NCBI GenBank assembly: GCA_965250005.1
Contig: OZ252279.1
Coordinates: forward strand, 60,001 to 92,000
Direction: 5' to 3'
DNA length: 32,000 nt
DNA from: Demequinaceae bacterium
Lineage (GTDB): Bacteria > Actinomycetota > Actinomycetes > Actinomycetales > Demequinaceae
Position numbers and translations under genes: made by a program. Shown piece after piece: positions 25,951 to 32,000 of the stretch. The notes under the pieces are model-generated. The model was not told the DNA's origin. It saw nothing but the letters and a program-made list of their open reading frames with translations, and ran no database searches. How positions within the stretch are numbered: position 1 is the first letter of the stretch; each line of letters starts with the position of its first letter.

Positions 25951-28900
25951 GTGCGGTACCGAGTGGACCGTTTGACTTCACCGGCTCTTTCCCGCGAGTC
26001 GAGCGCGGTGCCCGCAGCCAGGATGCTGGGCGTGTTGCTCCTGCTGTTGGCCATGCTAGCTCCGGTCGCGGCTCATGCCGCGGGCTCTCCCACGGGCGCT
26101 GTAGCCGCCGCGTGGCCGGCGACCTGGAACAACTACCTGCTCGCAAGCGGCGACATCATCGGCGACAACAACACCGACCAGAACCCCAGCACGCTCGACC
26201 TCGCGAGCGGCCCGTGCGCCGGCAATTGCGTCGGCCCCGACTCGAGCGTCCTCTATTACTCCGACGGCACCACCGCGTTCTTCCGGATGCGGCTCGCCAC
26301 CGACCTCACAGACAACAGCAAGGGCGGGCTCGTCGGAGGCGCGTTCCTTGTCCAGCTCGCCGACGCGAGCGACAACGTGCTCGCGGTCGTCGGTGTGGAC
26401 GGCAAGTCCTCGTCCGTAGACTACGTGTACGTGGCCGACGCGCCCGGCAACAACGTCACCCCCATCTACACCTACCCGTTCGACAACAGCGGGTCGGAGA
26501 CCTCGGGCGGCATGCGCATGCTGTCCGCCGGCGACGGCTCCGGCCAGTACTTCCTCGACTTCCAGGTGCCGGTGGCCACGATCACGACCGTCTCGGGCGG
26601 CGCGATCACCACGTCAACGCCGATCAAGATGTACTACGGCTCCTCGGCCGCCGCGAACCTCGCGACTATTAACAAGGATTTCATGCTCGGCGACGTTTCG
26701 AGCGCCGACTTCTCAGGGATCGCGATCGTCACGCTCACGCCCGCGTCGCTGACGCTGTCGTCCGGCGCTGTCAGCGCGACCGGCCCCAACCCTCCCGCCG
26801 AGACCGCCACGTCCACCTACACGGTGACTCTCACCGCGTCGAACCCGGGCGGATCGCAGCTCACCTCGACCACGGTCACCGTCCCGATCCCGTCCGGCGC
26901 GACCGCGAGTTCGCTGAGCACCGCGGCCGGCACCTTCACCGGGGGTGGCACCTCTGAACTCACGTGGACCATCGGCACCATCCCCGCGGGTGGCTTCGTG
27001 GAGGCAACCTTCACTGTGTCGGTCACTCCCGGCACCAGCACCGCTGGCAGCACCATCACGCTCGTGAGCCTCCAGAGCGGCTCGGGCAGCGACGTGCCCG
27101 CAGCGGCCACGCGCACGGCGACCGCGGCCGCAATCACGGTCGGCCCGGTTGCGGTCGCCCCCAACTGGACCGTGGACTTCGACAGCCAGGGCGGCAGTGC
27201 CGTGTCGAGTCAGTCCGTCGCGAGCAACGGTAACGCCAGCACACCCACGCCGCCCACCCTCACCGGGTACACGCTCGACGGCTGGTACACCGCCGCATCC
27301 GGCGGATCACTCTGGACGTTCGCGACGGACACTGTCACCGCCGACACCACGCTGTATGCGCACTGGACCGCGATCGACTACACGGTCAGCTTCGACTCGC
27401 AGGGCGGCTCCGCCATCAGCAGCCAGACGGTCGCGTACGACGCCTACGCGGCGATCCCCGTGTCGCCGCCCACGCTCACCGGCTACACGTTCGCGGGCTG
27501 GTTTGACGCGGCTTCCGGCGGCAGCGGCTGGGACTTCCCCGGCACTGCAATCACGGGCGACACGACCATCTACGCGCAGTGGACCGCGATCGACTACACC
27601 GTCACGTTCGACTCGCAGGGCGGCTCCGCCATCAGCAGCCAGACGGTCGCGTACGACGCCTACGCGGCGATCCCCGTGTCGCCGCCCACGCTCACCGGCT
27701 ACACGTTCGCGGGCTGGTTTGACGCGGCTTCCGGAGGCTCCGCGTGGAACTTCGGCGCCGACGCAATCACGGGCGACACGACCATCTACGCGCAGTGGAC
27801 CGCGATCGACTACACCGTCACGTTCGACTCGCAGGGCGGATCCGCCATCAGCAGCGAAATGGTCGCGTACGGCAACTACGCCACGCTTCCGGCATCACCG
27901 CCGACCCGCGCCGGATTCAGTTTCGACGGCTGGTTCACGCTCGACTCGGGAGGCTCCACATGGAACTTCCCCGGCACCGCAATCACAGGCGACACCACCA
28001 TCTACGCGCACTGGACCCCCCTCGGCTACACGGTGACCTTTGACAGCCAGGGCGGTAGCGCCGTCGGCGCGCTAACCGTCGCGAATGGCGAGTACGCCGC
28101 CGAGCCGAGCCCGCCCACCTACGCGGGGCACACGTTCAACGGCTGGTTCAGTGCTGCGTCCGGCGGCACGGAGTGGGACTTCGGTACAGACGCGGTCACC
28201 GGCGATGTCACGCTCTACGCCCAGTGGACGACGCTTAACTACCCCGTGACGTTCGACAGCCACGGCGGTAGTTCGGTCGCCACCGAGAACGTTCCCTACG
28301 GCGACTACGCCACTGAGCCCGCCGACCCCACCCGCTACGGCTACGACTTCGACGGCTGGTTCACGGCCGAGTCGGGCGGCACCGCGTGGGACTTCGGCGC
28401 CAACGCGATCACCGCCGCCACCACCATCCACGCCCAGTGGACGCTTGCCGACTTCACCGTGAGCTACGACAGTCAGGGCGGCTCCGCAGTCGGCAGCGAG
28501 ACGGTCACCTTCGGCAACTACGCTGCCGAGCCGTTGGACCCCGCGCTCACCGGCTACACGTTCCTCGGCTGGTACACGCTCGCGTCCGGCGGCACCGCGT
28601 GGGACTTCGGCGCGACCGCGATCACCGGCGATCTCACCCTGTACGCGCATTGGGCGCCCATCGACTACGCGGTCACGTTCGACACACAGGGCGGCTCGGC
28701 AGTCGCCGGCGCGACCGTCGCCTACGGCGAGACCGTGCCGAGCCCCTCCGCGCCGACGCTATCCGGCTACGCCTTCGACGGTTGGTTCACTGCCGCATCC
28801 GGCGGAACGGAGTGGGACTTCCTCGCCGACACGATCACAGGCGACACCACGATCTACGCGCATTGGACCCCCATTGACTACACCCTGACGTTCGACAGCC

Positions 28901-31900
28901 AGGGCGGCAGCGCGGTGGTCGGCCAGGTGGTGGCGTTCGGAGACCTCGGCACCGAGCCCACCGACCCCACCAAGTACGGCACCACGTTCGACGGCTGGTA
29001 CACGTCCGCCTCGGGCGGCACACTATGGGACTTCGACGCAGACGTCGTCGCGAGTGCGACCACCCTTTACGCGTACTGGACGCCGGTGAACTACCCGGTG
29101 ACGTTCGACAGCCAGGGCGGCAACGCCGTCGGCGGGCAGAGCGTCGCATACGGCGGCTACGCGTCGGAGCCCAGCGACCCCACCCAGTCCGGGTACACGT
29201 TCGACGGATGGTTCACTTCCGCGTCCGGCGGTACACTGTGGGACTTCGGCACGGACGCCATCGCGGGCGCGACCACCCTGTACGCGCAGTGGACCCCCGT
29301 CGACTACACGGCGACGTTCGACAGTCAGGGCGGCACCGCCGTCGGCTCGCAGACGCTGCCCTACGGTTCGCTCGTCGCCCAGCCGACGCCGCCAACGCAG
29401 TTTGGCTACACTCTCGACGGCTGGTACACCGCCGCGTCCGGCGGCACCCTGTGGGACTTCTCCGCCGACACAATGACCGGCGACATCACGCTGTACGCGC
29501 AGTGGATCGCTAACACCAACACCGTGACGTTCGACGGGCAAGGCGGTAGCTTCACCGCCGGTGAGACCGTCGCGACTGGAAACCTTGTCACCGAGCCGGC
29601 CGACCCCACTCGCTATGGCTACACGCTCGACGGCTGGTACGACGCCTCGACCGGCGGCTCGCTGTGGGACTTCGGCGCCGACACGGTGCCCGGCGACATG
29701 ATCCTGTACGCGCAGTGGACCATCGTGAACTACCCCGTGACGTTTGACAGCCAGGGCGGCAACGCCGTCGGCGGACAGAGTGTGGCCTACGGCGACTACG
29801 CGTCGGAGCCCAGCGACCCCGCGTTCGCGGGCTACACGTTTGACGGTTGGTACACGGCCGCATCGGGCGGAGCACTGTGGGACTTTGGTGCGGATGCGAT
29901 CACCGCGGCTACCACGCTCTACGCGCAGTGGACCCCCGTCGACTACACCGCGACGTTTGACAGCCAGGGCGGCACCGCCGTCAGCTCACAGACGCTCCCG
30001 AACGGGTCGCTCGTCACTCAGCCCGCCCCGCCCCCGCGCGCCGGTTACGCGTTCGACGGCTGGTTCGACGCCTCGAGCGGCGGCTCGGCCTGGGACTTCG
30101 GATCCGACACCCTCACCGGCAACGTGACTCTCTACGCGCAGTGGTCCGCTATTCCGTACACACTGGCCTTTGACAGCCAGGGCGGCACACCGGTGACCGC
30201 ACAGACGGTGCCGTACGACACGCTCGCCACCGAACCCACCGACCCCACGCGTGGCGGCTACACGTTCGACGGCTGGTACACGCTCAGCTCCGGCGGCGTC
30301 GTGTGGGACTTCACGACCGACACCGTGGTCGCGGACGCCACCGTTTACGCGCAATGGACGCCTGTGGACTACACGCTCACGTACGACAGCCAAGGCGGCG
30401 ACGCCGTGTCGAGTGAAACCGTCGCGTACGGCGCGCTCGCGACCGAGCCCGTTGACCCGACGCGCACGGGCTATACCTTCGACGGCTGGTCCACCGCCGT
30501 ATCCGGCGGAAGCGCGTGGAACTTCGCGACGAACACCATGACGGGTGACCGCACCCTCTACGCCGCGTGGACGCCCGCGTCCTACACCGTCACCTTCGAC
30601 ACCCAGGGCGGCAGTAGCGTCCCGGACGAGACCGTCGACTACAACGAGTTCGCGACCGAGCCGAGCGCGCCGACCCGCACAGGTTACGCGTTCGACGGCT
30701 GGTTCGACTCCGCCTCCGGTGGGACCGCGTGGGACTTCGACGCGACCACGATCACCGATGACACGACCATCTACGCGCAGTGGACCATCTTGACCAACGT
30801 CGTGTCGTTCGATAGCCAGGGCGGCGGTACGGTGCCGAACCAAACCATCGACTACGACGACACTGCCACCGAGCCGACCGAGCCCACCAAGTCCGGCTAC
30901 ACCTTCGAAGGCTGGTTCAGCGCTCCGACCGCCGGTACCGAGTGGGACTTCACCACCGACACCGTGGTGACCAGCCTCACGCTGTACGGCCAGTGGACCA
31001 TCGTCACGTACACCGTCAGCTACGACAGCCAAGGTGGTTCCGCCGTGGCGAGCGAGTCCGTCAACTACGGTGGCCTCGCCACCGAGCCCACCGACCCGAC
31101 GCGCACCGGCTACACGTTCGATGACTGGTATTCGGCGTCGTCGGGCGGCTTCGTGTGGGACTTCACCAGCAACACCATCACCGCCGACAAAACGCTCTAC
31201 GCCGCGTGGACCCCGATCGATTACTCCGTCACGTTCGACACGCAGGGCGGCACGGTGGTGTCCGGCCAGACCGTCAGTTACAACACCTTCGCGGCGACGC
31301 CGGCGACACCCACCCGCACCGGCTACACATTCGACGGCTGGTTCGACGCGGCGTCCGGAGGGTCCGAATGGGACTTTGGCACCGACGCGATCACCGATGA
31401 CACCACGATCTACGCGCAGTGGACGATCATCACTAACCCCGTGACGTTCGACAGCCAGGGCGGCAGCGGCGTGTCGAGCCAAACCATCGACTACGACGGC
31501 CTCGTAGTAGAGCCTGTCGACCCGACGTTCACCGGCTTCACGTTTGACGGCTGGTTCGACGCGGCGTCCGGCGGCACCGCATGGGACTTTGGCGCCGACA
31601 CCGTCACGAGCCCGGAAACCTTGTACGCGCAGTGGACAGCGATCACGTACAACGTGACGTACGACAGCCAGGGCGGCTCGGCTGTCAGTTCCGAGACCGT
31701 CGGGTACAACGCACTCGTCACCGAGCCCGCCGACCCGACGCTCACCGGCTACACGTTCGACGGCTGGTTTGACGCTTCGTCGGCCGGGGCGCCGTGGGAC
31801 TTCCCATCCGACTCCGTGCTCGCGGACACGACCCTGTACGCGCAGTGGACAGCAATCGACTACACCGTGTCGTACTCGAGCCAGGGCGGTTCCGCCGTCG

Positions 31901-32000
31901 CGAGCGAGACCGTCGCGTTCAACGGCATGGCGACCGAGCCGTCCGACCCGACTCGACCCGGCTACACATTTCTGGGCTGGTTCGACTCGGCGTCCGGTGG
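25951..32000 (+). CDS. Large secreted InlB B-repeat / Listeria-Bacteroides repeat protein (3' end beyond window)
   Basis: GTG start with GGAG 6 nt upstream; signal peptide MLGVLLLLLAMLAPVAAHA; DUF11/CARDB-like segment around 26740-27150; then about 23 FDSQGGSAV...GYTFDGWFDAASGG repeats. Frame checked by codon phase at 26101, 27166 and 31981; no stop seen. Absent from the ORF track because it is open at the edge. Confidence 0.93.
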   Translation, partial: MRYRVDRLTSPALSRESSAVPAARMLGVLLLLLAMLAPVAAHAAGSPTGAVAAAWPATWNNYLLASGDIIGDNNTDQNPSTLDLASGPCAGNCVGPDSSVLYYSDGTTAFFRMRLATDLTDNSKGGLVGGAFLVQLADASDNVLAVVGVDGKSSSVDYVYVADAPGNNVTPIYTYPFDNSGSETSGGMRMLSAGDGSGQYFLDFQVPVATITTVSGGAITTSTPIKMYYGSSAAANLATINKDFMLGDVSSADFSGIAIVTLTPASLTLSSGAVSATGPNPPAETATSTYTVTLTASNPGGSQLTSTTVTVPIPSGATASSLSTAAGTFTGGGTSELTWTIGTIPAGGFVEATFTVSVTPGTSTAGSTITLVSLQSGSGSDVPAAATRTATAAAITVGPVAVAPNWTVDFDSQGGSAVSSQSVASNGNASTPTPPTLTGYTLDGWYTAASGGSLWTFATDTVTADTTLYAHWTAIDYTVSFDSQGGSAISSQTVAYDAYAAIPVSPPTLTGYTFAGWFDAASGGSGWDFPGTAITGDTTIYAQWTAIDYTVTFDSQGGSAISSQTVAYDAYAAIPVSPPTLTGYTFAGWFDAASGGSAWNFGADAITGDTTIYAQWTAIDYTVTFDSQGGSAISSEMVAYGNYATLPASPPTRAGFSFDGWFTLDSGGSTWNFPGTAITGDTTIYAHWTPLGYTVTFDSQGGSAVGALTVANGEYAAEPSPPTYAGHTFNGWFSAASGGTEWDFGTDAVTGDVTLYAQWTTLNYPVTFDSHGGSSVATENVPYGDYATEPADPTRYGYDFDGWFTAESGGTAWDFGANAITAATTIHAQWTLADFTVSYDSQGGSAVGSETVTFGNYAAEPLDPALTGYTFLGWYTLASGGTAWDFGATAITGDLTLYAHWAPIDYAVTFDTQGGSAVAGATVAYGETVPSPSAPTLSGYAFDGWFTAASGGTEWDFLADTITGDTTIYAHWTPIDYTLTFDSQGGSAVVGQVVAFGDLGTEPTDPTKYGTTFDGWYTSASGGTLWDFDADVVASATTLYAYWTPVNYPVTFDSQGGNAVGGQSVAYGGYASEPSDPTQSGYTFDGWFTSASGGTLWDFGTDAIAGATTLYAQWTPVDYTATFDSQGGTAVGSQTLPYGSLVAQPTPPTQFGYTLDGWYTAASGGTLWDFSADTMTGDITLYAQWIANTNTVTFDGQGGSFTAGETVATGNLVTEPADPTRYGYTLDGWYDASTGGSLWDFGADTVPGDMILYAQWTIVNYPVTFDSQGGNAVGGQSVAYGDYASEPSDPAFAGYTFDGWYTAASGGALWDFGADAITAATTLYAQWTPVDYTATFDSQGGTAVSSQTLPNGSLVTQPAPPPRAGYAFDGWFDASSGGSAWDFGSDTLTGNVTLYAQWSAIPYTLAFDSQGGTPVTAQTVPYDTLATEPTDPTRGGYTFDGWYTLSSGGVVWDFTTDTVVADATVYAQWTPVDYTLTYDSQGGDAVSSETVAYGALATEPVDPTRTGYTFDGWSTAVSGGSAWNFATNTMTGDRTLYAAWTPASYTVTFDTQGGSSVPDETVDYNEFATEPSAPTRTGYAFDGWFDSASGGTAWDFDATTITDDTTIYAQWTILTNVVSFDSQGGGTVPNQTIDYDDTATEPTEPTKSGYTFEGWFSAPTAGTEWDFTTDTVVTSLTLYGQWTIVTYTVSYDSQGGSAVASESVNYGGLATEPTDPTRTGYTFDDWYSASSGGFVWDFTSNTITADKTLYAAWTPIDYSVTFDTQGGTVVSGQTVSYNTFAATPATPTRTGYTFDGWFDAASGGSEWDFGTDAITDDTTIYAQWTIITNPVTFDSQGGSGVSSQTIDYDGLVVEPVDPTFTGFTFDGWFDAASGGTAWDFGADTVTSPETLYAQWTAITYNVTYDSQGGSAVSSETVGYNALVTEPADPTLTGYTFDGWFDASSAGAPWDFPSDSVLADTTLYAQWTAIDYTVSYSSQGGSAVASETVAFNGMATEPSDPTRPGYTFLGWFDSASG
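27178..32000 (+). repeat. In-frame tandem array of 71-72 aa Listeria-Bacteroides (Flg_new-type) repeats
   Basis: FDSQGG-equivalent starts at 27178, 27391, 27607, 27823, 28039, 28252, 28465, 28678, 28891, 29104, 29317, 29530, 29743, 29956, 30169, 30382, 30595, 30808, 31021, 31234, 31447, 31660 and 31873. Period is 213 nt except three early 216-nt units. Confidence 0.93.

Noticed and set aside
29986-31482. 498-aa minus-strand ORF and similar long antisense ORFs (28072-28650, 29023-29541, 27149-28036 +2 frame)
   Set aside because: They are shadows of the high-GC repeat array read in the wrong frame or strand; composition (PLRVERDGV-type low complexity, repeated) mirrors the InlB-like coding frame.

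Overview
High-GC, actinobacterial-type chromosomal segment. The first 12 kb is mostly housekeeping: CcdA-like N-terminus at the window edge, arginine deiminase, a coupled three-gene glycoside operon (GT4 / helical unknown / GH130), MBL-fold hydrolase, RraB-like protein, 14-TM MFS transporter, DUF4349 lipoprotein and a YyaL-type DUF255 thioredoxin-fold protein. From about 12.3 to 25.6 kb the content is accessory. It holds an AbiEi/AbiEii pair lying between two diverged copies of a gene remnant. It also holds a large single-polypeptide (Type ISP, LlaGI/LlaBIII-like) restriction-modification-helicase protein whose stop codon overlaps the start of a SIR2-like Rossmann-fold protein (ATGA overlap). 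A multiply frameshifted DnaQ/BRCT-type exonuclease pseudogene and a GNAT/DUF1778 toxin-antitoxin pair follow. From 25951 to the window end is a very large secreted InlB-like protein with about 23 regular 71-72 aa Listeria-Bacteroides repeats; it is open at the window edge and missing from the ORF track. The most interesting candidate system is the Type ISP enzyme coupled to a SIR2-like protein, with a divergent small membrane protein and AbiE next door. All family calls come from motif and sequence recognition; no database search was run.
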